From: a virus | Lineage: Duplodnaviria > Caudoviricetes | Reading direction: 5' to 3' (one strand) | IMG/VR virus record: IMGVR_UViG_3300013094_000065 | Location: 1-53,649 of that record | Length of the DNA stretch: 53,649 nt | In this document: piece by piece, positions 28,903 through 40,188 of the stretch | Layout: every line of letters starts with the position of its first letter | Numbering within the stretch: the stretch's first letter is position 1 | Position numbers and translations under genes: made by a program | The notes under the pieces: generated by a model | Told to the model about the DNA's origin: nothing | The model's database searches: none | The model's input: the letters and a program-made list of their open reading frames with translations, nothing else

Positions 28903-31269
28903 TTAAATTGTGTTTATCTGGATCCAGAAAGAAATGGCTCCGTCTTGAATAAATTGCAATTGCCCGCCAGCAACTGTATCAATCCAAAAATCACCTACAT
29001 TTGGATTATCTGGGGGAATACCTGTAGCAGATACTGTAACTTTTGGTGTGTACAGTAGATAATTTTGTAATGGATTACCATTAGCACTATAAATGTTACC
29101 TTGTACGCCAACCCCGCCGACCACTGTGACCGCACCAGTGGTTGTACTGGTTGATGTAGCAGTTCCCGTAACATTTAAAGTTGTTATGGTAAGTGTGTTG
29201 GTCCATTCTGGTCCACTACCATTTGATACTAGTACAGAATTATTAGGACCGATTGTCAAGAATGTAGTCGAACTTGTGGCTGCTTGATAAACCAAGGCAC
29301 CGGCGCTACCGCCAGCAATATTACCGGCTTGATTTGCTCCACCGCTGATACTTGCATGTAGCAAACCTCCTAACCATAAATCTCCACTAATACTTGCCCC
29401 ACCAGTAACAGTTAAAGCTCCTATTCCCAGACTAGTAGCAGAAGTGTTGGAAGTAATATGTACATTAGTAAATGTTCCCCAGGCGGGAACAATACTGCCA
29501 ATATTCATATTATTAATATTTCCTGTCGTAACAGTTGGGGCAATTTCAACAGTACCTCCCAATATAGGTTGAATATAAACAGTAGAAGCAGATGGAGAAA
29601 TGTTAGTATCTCCATGCCCCTCAACAATTAGACCTCTGCCAACATTTAAATTACCAGCAATACCAACTCCACCATTGACTACCAACGAGCCCGTGTCTGA
29701 TGATTCAGCTTCTACATAATTTAAAATATTAACCGGTCCACCAATAATTGCGTTATCTGTTATTGCCAATCCACCCAATACTGATAATGCCCCAGTAAGA
29801 TTGTTCAATGTTACAGTACCGCCATTTAAATATGGCGAATATCCGGTACTGCTGTCTAATGGAATTTTCAAATCTATATCTGTATATAGTAATAATGAAT
29901 TAGTAGCAGTTACACGAACATAAAAAGATTGATTATTTAATTGTGTAGTTCCGGATATTCCACTAAGTGTAACATACTGATCACTGACAATTCCGTGCGG
30001 GTCTATTGTTGTAATAGTGGTTTGTGTACCAGTAGAAATTAATCCTATTGTTGCTGTTACCGGAATGTTTGTGGCCGATTCTCCCAAACCAACCCCGGTA
30101 TTTGCGTTAAGCTGTAAATAGCCAGCGCCGTTGTAATAGAATACAGAACCGATATTAACTTGGTTGTTCAACCCATCAACTAAATTATCACCACCGATAG
30201 AAATATTACTGTTACCGCTCTTCATATTTTGAGCAATATCGTGTCCCAAGAAGAAATTGTAACTACCTGTAGTAAAGTTAGTAGCAATTTCGTGCCCTAA
30301 GAAAAAGTTTTCTGTTCCATTAATTAAACTTATACCGGCATCTGTGCCAATAGCAAAGTTATTATTCCAGACTATATCAATAGCCACAGTTCCGCCGCTG
30401 GTATATGTATTAAATCCACGACCGTCGAGTGGATTTCCTAAAATATTGTTACCATACAGAGCAATAGTTGACGAACTAATAACGCCAACATAATAGTTGT
30501 TACCGTTGAGTTCCGTCATTCCGCTAACATGGTCAATATTTACTAGTGTGCCCGACACAAGTTCGTGATCGGGCACTGTTAATATCACTGGTATTTCTTG
30601 TGTAGCAGAAGTAATAAATCCAGCAAACTGAGTCTGTGTGGTACCAATATTCATCAAAGCACTATCACCAATGGCTATAGTGTTTTGTAATAAGGTGCCT
30701 GAGCTGGCAGCATATCGACCTATAGCAATGCTCTTATATGCCGTACTAATGCCCTGTAAACTGCTGTAACCAATATTGATATTTTCTTGACCGTTAGGAT
30801 AAGAATTAGATGAAGTTGTGGCTATACCTGAAATAGATATATTGTTAATACCGCCGCCACTTTGTGTGTTGCTGTAACCTTGGCCAACAGTTAATCCGTT
30901 GATGTTGACATCAGCTCCAGTATAAAATCCTTGCGATATGCCAATGCCACCTTGTACAACAAGTACACCACTGTTTGTTCCAATATTGGCCACCGTGCCT
31001 GAAACAATCACAGTGCCAGTGCCTGTACCGATAATCTGTATGTTCATATCTGGCATATTTGCATACATTGTGCCAGTATTAAACTCAATATTACCTAAAC
31101 TACTGGCATATACGGTGTCTAATTCATTTGGTGGTTTTACATAAGTTATAAGTGTATAACCTGTGCTGGTTGTCGGAGTGGCAGGTAGTTGAGGCTGTGC
31201 GCCTTTAAGGGTAATAAATGTATTTGTACTACCCGATCTTAATGTACCACCGCTTAATAATGCTGGCAT
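28903..31269 (-). CDS. Tail fibre-like protein with two small beta-barrel (E1 FCCH-like) inserts
   Basis: Two copies of H-x-(L/I)-V-S...(V/I)SG-x-T-x-LN-x-x-x-x-YV; AIG repeats; C-terminal PNVGDFWIDT. Confidence 0.6.
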   Translation of the reverse strand: MPALLSGGTLRSGSTNTFITLKGAQPQLPATPTTSTGYTLITYVKPPNELDTVYASSLGNIEFNTGTMYANMPDMNIQIIGTGTGTVIVSGTVANIGTNSGVLVVQGGIGISQGFYTGADVNINGLTVGQGYSNTQSGGGINNISISGIATTSSNSYPNGQENINIGYSSLQGISTAYKSIAIGRYAASSGTLLQNTIAIGDSALMNIGTTQTQFAGFITSATQEIPVILTVPDHELVSGTLVNIDHVSGMTELNGNNYYVGVISSSTIALYGNNILGNPLDGRGFNTYTSGGTVAIDIVWNNNFAIGTDAGISLINGTENFFLGHEIATNFTTGSYNFFLGHDIAQNMKSGNSNISIGGDNLVDGLNNQVNIGSVFYYNGAGYLQLNANTGVGLGESATNIPVTATIGLISTGTQTTITTIDPHGIVSDQYVTLSGISGTTQLNNQSFYVRVTATNSLLLYTDIDLKIPLDSSTGYSPYLNGGTVTLNNLTGALSVLGGLAITDNAIIGGPVNILNYVEAESSDTGSLVVNGGVGIAGNLNVGRGLIVEGHGDTNISPSASTVYIQPILGGTVEIAPTVTTGNINNMNIGSIVPAWGTFTNVHITSNTSATSLGIGALTVTGGASISGDLWLGGLLHASISGGANQAGNIAGGSAGALVYQAATSSTTFLTIGPNNSVLVSNGSGPEWTNTLTITTLNVTGTATSTSTTTGAVTVVGGVGVQGNIYSANGNPLQNYLLYTPKVTVSATGIPPDNPNVGDFWIDTVAGGQLQFIQDGAISFWIQINTI

Positions 31270-31284
31270 AATTGTATTCCTATG

Positions 31285-31665
31285 TTAAGCGTTAGAGCTT
31301 TCTAAAATACTCATTACCAATTGAGCAGAATCAGGTACCGAGCTGTACGCTTTGATGCTATCTAATGCTTCAATAATTAATTTACCGCTTAAACAATTTA
31401 CAGCATCGTTGTTTGGTAAAGCAAAATTATCAACTAAAAAACTATCAACATTGCCCGGTTGAGCATTATTGCCTTGCGCATTTTGCTGAATAGGGATATT
31501 TCTATGATGTATAAGTGTAACCCCGGTTGTAACTGTGGTTAGATTTGCTATCTGAGCCATTAATACAATACTGGTTACTCCAACCGGAGCAACATATATA
31601 GTAGAGGTAGCTGTAGAAAGTACGGCTGTCATTGATCTGAACGAATTTAATGGTAACTGTGCCAT
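31285..31665 (-). CDS. Small virion structural protein (probable)
   Basis: IYVAPVGVTSIVLMAQIAN...GKLIIE...SILE; immediately downstream of the giant structural gene. Confidence 0.6.
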   Translation of the reverse strand: MAQLPLNSFRSMTAVLSTATSTIYVAPVGVTSIVLMAQIANLTTVTTGVTLIHHRNIPIQQNAQGNNAQPGNVDSFLVDNFALPNNDAVNCLSGKLIIEALDSIKAYSSVPDSAQLVMSILESSNA

Positions 31666-31679
31666 GATTTATCCTTTTA

Positions 31680-34600
31680 TTAGAATGTTCCGCCGCCTTC
31701 AATTGCTAATATGAATGGCGTCAAATTAGCGAATAGCGACTTAGTAAATGTTCTACCGCTTAGAACACCCGTTGCTTGACTGATAACCAATCCTGGACCA
31801 ATACGGAAGTCACCGTTTTGGTCTGTAGAAGTAAAAAATACTTTACCGGTATCCAGCTGTACTGTTTCTTTACTTTGTACTGGGTCTGCGATACCAAACT
31901 GCGGCAAAGCTCCATAGTTTGTTCCGGCACCAACATATTCAAATACGTATCCACTAGCACTGATGTAACTGCGTTGATAGAAGTTAACTGTGGCTCCGTC
32001 TGGGAATAAAGTAGCATCTGTTACATTTTCACCTAAACTTACAAGATGGTGAGTACCGTCTTGAGCCCAATAACTCAATCCCACTTGTACGCTATTATAG
32101 TTACCACCTGTTTCGAGATCGTAAATTAATTGTTGTAAAGTAATACCAATATCTCGTTTGCATTTTAATGCCTGAGCAGGAGTTAATTGAATTTGTACAC
32201 TTCCGGGGCCAGTATTAAATGCCGTATTAATATAATTAATTGTTTCGCTAATAATCGTGTCTTGTTGACTAATTAAATAATTGTCTGCTGTCAATAGATT
32301 AGCGTCTGCCCATGATACATCGGGGTAAACTGTAGTATCAGTTGGCGGGGTTGCATTTTGTATGGCATTATAAATTATAGTAAAGTTTGCAGAAATTTGA
32401 TCAGTTTGTACTGTAGATCCGTAATTACCGCTCTGACTCTGCGTTTGTGTATTGCCATCACTAGGGGTTACAAGTTGCCCTAATACAACATATTGAGCAA
32501 TTTGCGATAGATACGAATAAGCCGCGCTTGTAGGTATAACTTCATCCCCGGTAAGAACCGAACCCCCACTAGAATCAAAATATGCGTTGGCACAGATTAA
32601 ACTTGCGCTGTTACCTCCGTACATGACATCGTAACACATTGCGTCAATTAAATACCCAACGTCCCTGGCACACAATGCCGAATTGTATGATAGTGATGGA
32701 AAATTAACAGCGATCCAGGCAATAGTTTCAGCTTGCAAGAATAGTTTATTTGAGGTCAGCTGACTAACAGCATTAATTGTTGCCGTTGTAGCAACGGTTG
32801 GGGCAGGAAATCTAATAATATTAGCAACACTGGCTCCATTGGCTAAAATATTTTTAATCTCGTTAAATGCTTCGGTGTTCCTGGAAACTGCTGTAGCATT
32901 GCTGGCCAGTGCTTGATTACTTTGTTGTTGAGCGAAGTCATAAGCATTAAGTGTTGCTACTAGTTCTGTACTGGTAACTGCTGCCGCGGTGCCTCTTGTA
33001 TACGCTAATCCCGAAACTACCGCATTATAATTTGTACCTAACGCAACATCATAATAATTACCTTGTAACACATATCCTAAATCACGAGCGCATGTAGTTT
33101 GATTATATACAAATGTACTGGTATTTGTTAACTGTGATACAAATGCTGCAATTTCTTCTTCCATGAAATTTATATTTGCTGAAATTAGTGATATTGCGCT
33201 ACCTGCTCCGCTCGGAATGGTTCCAGATGTTTTAACTAAACTTGGTGGCACTGCATTAGCATATGTGCTCGACGTGGCACCAATTATCTTAGTCATTTCG
33301 CCAAATCTTTGATCAATAAATGTAGTTGCTGCCGCACCACCTGTAACTGTTAGCAGGAATGTTTGAGTTGTTGCGTGTGTTCCTGTTTGTAATGTATTAA
33401 CAGGAATATTTCCTACAATATTATCAACTAATTCGTTCAAGAAAAGCAAAGAATTAATGTGAGCTTCAACTTGATCAACTGTGATATTTCTGTTAAACGT
33501 AGACAATATATTAGTGCCGGTTATATATGGATTTGTGGCCACATTACTGCTCAACACCGTGTAGTATGCTTTACCGCAGAAATAAAATGTAAAATAATTG
33601 GGGTTATCAGCGTATCCTCCGCCAGTTGGAAGAGCATAGTTGAACGTTACACTTTGATAATTTACATCAGTAACATACGTGCCGGTAGTAAAATATTGTA
33701 TGCCATAATTGGCATTTGTAATGTAATTAGATGCTGTTGTAGTTATTTTTCCATCGATATCTAAGTAACGACCGAATTCATCATGAACATACGGGAAACT
33801 ATCGTATGTGTAACCAAATTGATCTGTAATATATACAAAATTACCCACAGCAATGCCGGTTATATCAATGTTATTGATTGTGATACTACCAGTTGTTATA
33901 GTGCTGGTACTTGGTTGAGCATTTAGGAATCCTGGGAAGCCTTGACTGTTTGTGTAAGGAACAACATTGCCAGCATAGTTAATATACTCAGTTGGAGGTA
34001 CAACTTCCATAACCAATGATATATGCGGACGATCTATGGGATCAGATATGAATATTTCAACATTACCGTTATTGGGCCAAAATCCTTGTGGATAATATTG
34101 ATTCAATCCGTTTGGTCCTGGGCTATATGGATACGCGGTATACGCAGGATTAAAAACAGTTCCGCTAAATTTACGCAGTCCATACCCCTTGGCTACTAGA
34201 CACAAATCACCAAAGTTAGCATTACTGTTAACGATAGAAGCAATCCCCCCGTTATCGACCTGTACACCCACACTTGAGAAAATAGTGAACACAGAAACTA
34301 ACTGTGCGTATCCATCGTTGGTAATATGAACACCGCGACCACCTTGTGTTAACTGTGTAAAGGCATCATACACAAAAGACTGTATTGGACTACGATCACT
34401 AATAACCGCCCCATCAACCAATGATCCTCCCATGCCTCCAATTGGATCAAATTTACGGAGATCCCATGTACTGGTACTTCCGGTGTATTGTAAAGCAATA
34501 TCCTCAACTTGATTATCCTGTAGCGGCCATATATAGGTGTCACCAAAATATAATGTTGCGTAATCTCCAAACCCCACTGTGGCAGTATTCATACCTATCA

Positions 34601-37600
34601 AATAAGTGTTTGTACTCAACTGTTGTAGGCTAGTTATCCTAGGAGCAATTTGTACATCTAACGCATTTAACCCAGTTGTGTTGACTAGCCCGCTGCCTGG
34701 ATATTCTATAGGAGCGTATAACGGTCCTCGATTAATAATGTCTGTTATAATATTAAAGTTCCTGGCCACAGCCTGACTTGGCATATAAGCACCACCATAT
34801 GAATAGAAACTGTTAATAATCTGTTTAGTCTCAGTTTGTGGCTGAGGAACTACAGGCTGGTTGGCGATAATCTGTAGTGCTAAATCTCTAGCATGACTAA
34901 TTGCTAATGTAGTAGTGGTTTCTTGGCCAGTTACATAATTATATCCCTGATTCCAATATGACAACCCGGCTTCAATGGATTTAGCATTACCGCCTAGCAG
35001 TACATCTTGTGAAACAGCATCAACAATTAATCCCGTATCTCTATAGCAGAGATCTTCGTTGTAACTGAATGATGGGCCCGGTCTTACAAATGTACCATTA
35101 ATAAACGCAATGGTTTCTTCTTGTATGAATGATCTATTGGCTTCTAACAAGTTAAAGGCATTTAAAACATTGGGATTTGGATCCATTGTTTGATTAATTG
35201 GAACTTTTGGTCCTGCTACCTCGGGTCCGTTGTTAATGATATTTGTAATAACAGTCAAGTTACCTTGCAATATTACTACCTCATCATTAGTGGCTGCTGG
35301 TAATGTAATTACTTGTACAGTACCAGTTTGGAATACTCTTGGAGCTGATTCTGCTAGTACAACATAGCGCACTAGATCAGAAACAAAATCATAGGCCGCA
35401 GTAACTTCGGGCAGTTCTGTAGATACCTGACTACTGGTTGAAATATAAGAATAATAGTAAGCCCCAGACTTAATACTTTGTTTATTGCCGCCGTGTAATA
35501 AATCAAAGCTGACACTGTTTATGATATATCCAAGATCTCGATAACAGGTTGATGTGTTATAGTCAAATGTTGGATAGGTATAATTAATCCAATCAATAGT
35601 TTGACTTTGTATTGATGCAATATTGCTTTGTATTATATTATAAGAGGTAACAATAGTACTGGTTGTACTTGGCAAACCATTACTCACTATTTGATCAGTA
35701 ATACCAGTAATCCCGTTGTTAAGAATGGTTGTTATATTAGAGAACAAGCCAGTCACTGTTGATTGCGCATCAGCATCTGATAATAGTGCCACTGTTAATG
35801 AGCTGGCAAAATTTATAGCCGCAGTAGTTGTTGTTAGTTCAACAGCAATTAATCCAGTTAAACCGCCTTGATTCCAGTATTGTAATCCTGCGAATGTGCT
35901 TTCGCTCAAGCTATCATACAACATATCTATAGCAATACTATCAATAATCAAACCAGTATCACGGTAGCAGGTTGATGTGTTATATGTATAAGACATCGAT
36001 TGATAAGTGTTATCAATATATTGTAGTACTTCAGCTTGTATAAAACTTAAGTTTGCTTGTAAAATTGTCAAAGCATTTGCAGCATCTGTTGAAGTTGTTT
36101 CAACTAAACTGATAGGACTTAGATCTGCTGCAACACTTGGACCATTAGTAATAATATTTGTTATAGTACTAAATGCTTGAGTAAACAAACTAATAGTAGC
36201 AGATGTTGTCACAGCCGGTGCCGCAGTTAAATTCTGTGTACTGGTAGATAAGGACAGTACAGGAATATTTTGTATTACCTCGCCGACTAGAGTTGACATG
36301 AATGTAAATGCCGCCACAGTTTGGGTAGTTTCATTTACAATATTAGATACCGTACTTATAAATCCATAATAGCATAAGCCTGCTTGAATACTTTGTTTAT
36401 TACCACCATATAATAAATCAAACGATACGCAGTCAGTCATATAACCAATATCTCGCATACATGTTGCTTGATTGTACGTTGAACTGAATCCTGGATTAGT
36501 TGCGTTGATGTAGGCAATAACTTCAGCTTCTAAATAAGCCTTGTTAGCCTGTAACAAGGCATAGGCATTTTTGACACTTAAAAATCTGCTGGCTGTAAAT
36601 CCAAATTCTAACTGATCAGTCCAACCAGTGGTTTGACCATTTAATATAGTTAAAATATTATTGTAGTTTGCCTGTACAATGGCTGCTTCAGCGGCATTGG
36701 CGGGGGTTAAATTAGTTACCTGTGGTACGGCTGTTTGATAACGTGCCACCAAATCGTCTGCTGGTGTAATATTTTGTACAATTTTAGCACACAAATCGCT
36801 TAGATACGAAACAGCTTCTATTGTTTGATTAATCTCATCAGGTATAATTCCTTGTGTACTTTTGCTTTGACTATAATACTGTAATCCGGCAAATGTACTT
36901 TGGCTAAAAGAACTAGTTGGGAATAAAACATCTTCTATTACAGAATTTAGAACAACTCCAATATCTCTTTCACATTTTACTTTGTTATATGGGAAGGCTT
37001 GGAATGTGTTGTTGATCCAGTTAATTGTATCTTCTTGAATAAATGTTCTATTCAACTGCATCAATACTTCAGCACTTAGATATGCGGCATCGGCAGCACT
37101 ACTACTGAATGATTCAGGTGCGGCAGATGGTCCATTTTGTATAATATTAGTAATGATATTAAAACATGAAGCAATACTAGAACTAGCTACTGAACCGTTG
37201 TTCAATACTGTATTGATAACTTGTGTTCCAGATGAAATTCCATAGACCGGAGCAAGTAAATCACAAGGGGTATTGGTAATAACTTTCTGACATAGTGAAT
37301 TTAAATAATTAATAGCTGCCGCAGTCTGTGGCTGTTGACCAGCAATTATGCTGACTACCCCGTTCCAATATGCTAGCCCAGATTCTATAGATTTAGCATT
37401 ACCGCCAAATGTAGCATCATACGATACATTTTCAATTAAAATTCCAGTATCTCGGTAACACAATTCTCGATTATATGAGAATGTGTTAAATTGACTATTA
37501 ACATAAGCAACTACCTCTGCTTGTATAAAACTTCTATTTGCTTCTAATAAGTTCCAAGCATTTAATACTTCTATATTTCTTGATTCGTTGTATGCTATTG

Positions 37601-40160
37601 GGGTTTTTGGAGCGGCAACACTTGGTCCGTTAACAATAATATTTGTAATTATATCAATATTATTTTGCAAGGTTGAAACTTCGTAAGAAGTTGCAAAATT
37701 GTAACCATTGATAATTTGCCCCGATGTACTATACTGGGTACTTAATTTTACACCGGTTACAATGTTAGGAATAATAGATTTGATATAATCATAAGCTACT
37801 GCGGTTTGAGGTATCTCATTTGGAATTGCTGTACTATTTGAATCATATCCCCAATAGTAAACTCCAGATTTAATACTTTGCCAGTTACTATTTGTTAATA
37901 GATCAAATGCTACACTTTGAATTATATAACCAACATCTCTATAGCAAGTAGATGTATTAAAATTACTTGCGCTGTAATTCAATCCATTACTTGATATAAT
38001 ATATGCCAATGTTTGTTCTTGAATACTTGGTATAGCGTCAATTAACGCATTGTATACTGCTATAGTTGTAGCACTGGTTGATGGTAAACTTGGAGTAATT
38101 AATGCGTTGGTTACACCTGTACCAAACGCATTTGCAGGTCCAGTACTTAAAATTTCTAAAATATCGTTAAACAAATTACTGATGTAATCCGTAGAATTTC
38201 CACTAACATCAAATATAGTTGCTGTATTCTGAACCAAAGTTTGTAGATATACAATAGCATTAGTAGTTGTTGTAATTTCTTCAGCTATTAATCCTGTATA
38301 TCCAATATCTTGATTCCAGTATTGTAATCCAGCAAAATTACTTTCTGTCGTGCCTTGATATAACATATCAAGACCGATAGCATCAATAATCAATCCCACA
38401 TCTCGATAACAGGTAGCCTGATTGTAAGTAAAGTTGCCACTATTAAAAGTTTGATCAACAAAGCTGACCACTTGAGATTGCATAAATGGTATATTGGCCA
38501 GTAATAATGTTCGTGCGTCAAAGAATCCTTTGTGTTGCGGCCCTTGATTGAGTGACATACCTTGACGAATAGTGCCAGTAGATATAGCATCGTTTAGTGT
38601 AACCACCATGCTGGTGGCGTTTGCTACCCATGTAGCAGTACCTATTGCTATAGGTACTTGTACAGTGCCGTCAGGCTGGAATAAACTGGCATCTCTTAAC
38701 CATGGTCCGGAAAGATTTGTACAGTTTTGAATATATGGTGAATGGAATAAATCAATTCTATTATTGCCAGTTTGTGGTGGGAAAGCAGTAGCATAGGCAC
38801 CGCGATTATATCCATTAGCATAATAATTACCTGGTAGTAATCCGCTACGTCCTTGACAGAATTGCATAAATGCCAAATAGCAACCAGAGTTAACATGAAA
38901 TAAATCTTGTGTTTTGTTAATTGGTTCTAATTCTGTTGTACGAATATCACTACCCATAACCGAAGTATACGGTTTCATTGGCAGTGGATTATTTTCAAAA
39001 TAGTGACCGGCGCTAACACGAATCTGTGTACCTGGTTGATAATATGGGCTCTTCATAGCGCCGCCAACTGTTCGGCAAGCACGGCTTGCATCCATGGCAC
39101 GGCCGTCATTGGTATCATCTCCATCCATTGTTACGTACAATGTGTTAGTAACAACCGGACCGGTACCTAGAGGATTAACACCGCGAACACGTATATCGCC
39201 AAAAATATCAGTTAATTGCCCTTCTGGTTTAACAGCAATATTACCTTTTGTACTAGTTAGTAAATTTGTATAAACTGCTTCGGCATAGGCTTTACCGCCA
39301 ATGTACACATCTTGTCCAATACCAGCACCGCCAGCAACTTGTAAAGCACCAGTGGTTGTACTTGTTGAATTGTAGTTAGCGGATACGTGTACTTGATCAG
39401 ACGTTAATTGACCCAAGAATGGATTATAAGTTAATCCACCTGTACTGGTAGTTGTTCCGCTAGAAATATCATCAATATAATTTGGACTATAGACAGCCCC
39501 AGTTGTTATAGTACTAAATTGTGCAAACGTTGGATAGAATATTTGATCAGCATTAGTAGCGGTAACTATAAAACTTTGCGAAGTTGTTGCTTGTTGGATA
39601 CGTCCGTAAATATATCCACCAACGTTTAAATCTTTTTCAACTCCTAATCCACCATTAATATAAACAGCGCCAGTTTCCCTGTGTGCTGCAGTATCATAAA
39701 TGTTTGTATTTGTGTAAACAATATTGAAAGGATTGCCGACATTGTCAGAATTTGGTTTGATAACAATACCAGTTGTAGCAGTTGTAGCAGTACTTGTTAA
39801 TCCCATAACCTCTAAAGTTCCGGTTATAGTTGTATAACTTTGAACAACCAAACTAGATTCTATAGTTGTATTGCTACCAATGAATACGGTACCAGCAATA
39901 CCCACTCCGCCATCAACAACTAATCCGCCAGTTTGCGTACTAGATGAAAGTATCTTGGATAGAATAGTAACCTGACCAGTTAACGTACTTTGCATTGCTA
40001 CCGTTAACGTATTAGCGATATAGGTATTACTGCCAATATTAACAGATCCGGTAATATTTGTACTAGTTGAACTGATAACAACTCCGCCGTTGGGAGCAGA
40101 TAAATTAGTTATCCCTTGTGGAGTTTGTACTCGGGTTCCTGATACCGTTACTGTGGTCAT
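31680..40160 (-). CDS. Giant virion structural protein: beta-helix-like core interrupted by 11 alpha-helical C-x-R-D repeats
   Basis: YVTMDGDDTNDG, SPYIQNCT, FTQLTQGGRGVHITNDGYAQLVSVFT and FTSTDQNGDFRIG segments; 11 CxRD(V/T/I/L)G motifs, consecutive copies 140-171 aa apart. Confidence 0.75.
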   Translation of the reverse strand: MTTVTVSGTRVQTPQGITNLSAPNGGVVISSTSTNITGSVNIGSNTYIANTLTVAMQSTLTGQVTILSKILSSSTQTGGLVVDGGVGIAGTVFIGSNTTIESSLVVQSYTTITGTLEVMGLTSTATTATTGIVIKPNSDNVGNPFNIVYTNTNIYDTAAHRETGAVYINGGLGVEKDLNVGGYIYGRIQQATTSQSFIVTATNADQIFYPTFAQFSTITTGAVYSPNYIDDISSGTTTSTGGLTYNPFLGQLTSDQVHVSANYNSTSTTTGALQVAGGAGIGQDVYIGGKAYAEAVYTNLLTSTKGNIAVKPEGQLTDIFGDIRVRGVNPLGTGPVVTNTLYVTMDGDDTNDGRAMDASRACRTVGGAMKSPYYQPGTQIRVSAGHYFENNPLPMKPYTSVMGSDIRTTELEPINKTQDLFHVNSGCYLAFMQFCQGRSGLLPGNYYANGYNRGAYATAFPPQTGNNRIDLFHSPYIQNCTNLSGPWLRDASLFQPDGTVQVPIAIGTATWVANATSMVVTLNDAISTGTIRQGMSLNQGPQHKGFFDARTLLLANIPFMQSQVVSFVDQTFNSGNFTYNQATCYRDVGLIIDAIGLDMLYQGTTESNFAGLQYWNQDIGYTGLIAEEITTTTNAIVYLQTLVQNTATIFDVSGNSTDYISNLFNDILEILSTGPANAFGTGVTNALITPSLPSTSATTIAVYNALIDAIPSIQEQTLAYIISSNGLNYSASNFNTSTCYRDVGYIIQSVAFDLLTNSNWQSIKSGVYYWGYDSNSTAIPNEIPQTAVAYDYIKSIIPNIVTGVKLSTQYSTSGQIINGYNFATSYEVSTLQNNIDIITNIIVNGPSVAAPKTPIAYNESRNIEVLNAWNLLEANRSFIQAEVVAYVNSQFNTFSYNRELCYRDTGILIENVSYDATFGGNAKSIESGLAYWNGVVSIIAGQQPQTAAAINYLNSLCQKVITNTPCDLLAPVYGISSGTQVINTVLNNGSVASSSIASCFNIITNIIQNGPSAAPESFSSSAADAAYLSAEVLMQLNRTFIQEDTINWINNTFQAFPYNKVKCERDIGVVLNSVIEDVLFPTSSFSQSTFAGLQYYSQSKSTQGIIPDEINQTIEAVSYLSDLCAKIVQNITPADDLVARYQTAVPQVTNLTPANAAEAAIVQANYNNILTILNGQTTGWTDQLEFGFTASRFLSVKNAYALLQANKAYLEAEVIAYINATNPGFSSTYNQATCMRDIGYMTDCVSFDLLYGGNKQSIQAGLCYYGFISTVSNIVNETTQTVAAFTFMSTLVGEVIQNIPVLSLSTSTQNLTAAPAVTTSATISLFTQAFSTITNIITNGPSVAADLSPISLVETTSTDAANALTILQANLSFIQAEVLQYIDNTYQSMSYTYNTSTCYRDTGLIIDSIAIDMLYDSLSESTFAGLQYWNQGGLTGLIAVELTTTTAAINFASSLTVALLSDADAQSTVTGLFSNITTILNNGITGITDQIVSNGLPSTTSTIVTSYNIIQSNIASIQSQTIDWINYTYPTFDYNTSTCYRDLGYIINSVSFDLLHGGNKQSIKSGAYYYSYISTSSQVSTELPEVTAAYDFVSDLVRYVVLAESAPRVFQTGTVQVITLPAATNDEVVILQGNLTVITNIINNGPEVAGPKVPINQTMDPNPNVLNAFNLLEANRSFIQEETIAFINGTFVRPGPSFSYNEDLCYRDTGLIVDAVSQDVLLGGNAKSIEAGLSYWNQGYNYVTGQETTTTLAISHARDLALQIIANQPVVPQPQTETKQIINSFYSYGGAYMPSQAVARNFNIITDIINRGPLYAPIEYPGSGLVNTTGLNALDVQIAPRITSLQQLSTNTYLIGMNTATVGFGDYATLYFGDTYIWPLQDNQVEDIALQYTGSTSTWDLRKFDPIGGMGGSLVDGAVISDRSPIQSFVYDAFTQLTQGGRGVHITNDGYAQLVSVFTIFSSVGVQVDNGGIASIVNSNANFGDLCLVAKGYGLRKFSGTVFNPAYTAYPYSPGPNGLNQYYPQGFWPNNGNVEIFISDPIDRPHISLVMEVVPPTEYINYAGNVVPYTNSQGFPGFLNAQPSTSTITTGSITINNIDITGIAVGNFVYITDQFGYTYDSFPYVHDEFGRYLDIDGKITTTASNYITNANYGIQYFTTGTYVTDVNYQSVTFNYALPTGGGYADNPNYFTFYFCGKAYYTVLSSNVATNPYITGTNILSTFNRNITVDQVEAHINSLLFLNELVDNIVGNIPVNTLQTGTHATTQTFLLTVTGGAAATTFIDQRFGEMTKIIGATSSTYANAVPPSLVKTSGTIPSGAGSAISLISANINFMEEEIAAFVSQLTNTSTFVYNQTTCARDLGYVLQGNYYDVALGTNYNAVVSGLAYTRGTAAAVTSTELVATLNAYDFAQQQSNQALASNATAVSRNTEAFNEIKNILANGASVANIIRFPAPTVATTATINAVSQLTSNKLFLQAETIAWIAVNFPSLSYNSALCARDVGYLIDAMCYDVMYGGNSASLICANAYFDSSGGSVLTGDEVIPTSAAYSYLSQIAQYVVLGQLVTPSDGNTQTQSQSGNYGSTVQTDQISANFTIIYNAIQNATPPTDTTVYPDVSWADANLLTADNYLISQQDTIISETINYINTAFNTGPGSVQIQLTPAQALKCKRDIGITLQQLIYDLETGGNYNSVQVGLSYWAQDGTHHLVSLGENVTDATLFPDGATVNFYQRSYISASGYVFEYVGAGTNYGALPQFGIADPVQSKETVQLDTGKVFFTSTDQNGDFRIGPGLVISQATGVLSGRTFTKSLFANLTPFILAIEGGGTF

Positions 40161-40177
40161 TTCTTATTCCTTTAGAG

Positions 40178-40184
40178 TATTTAT
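40178..40184 (-). promoter_or_regulatory. Late promoter-like ATAAATA for the giant gene
   Basis: TATTTAT followed on the - strand by an AAGGA RBS and the ATG at 40160. Confidence 0.55.
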
Positions 40185-40188
40185 TGTT

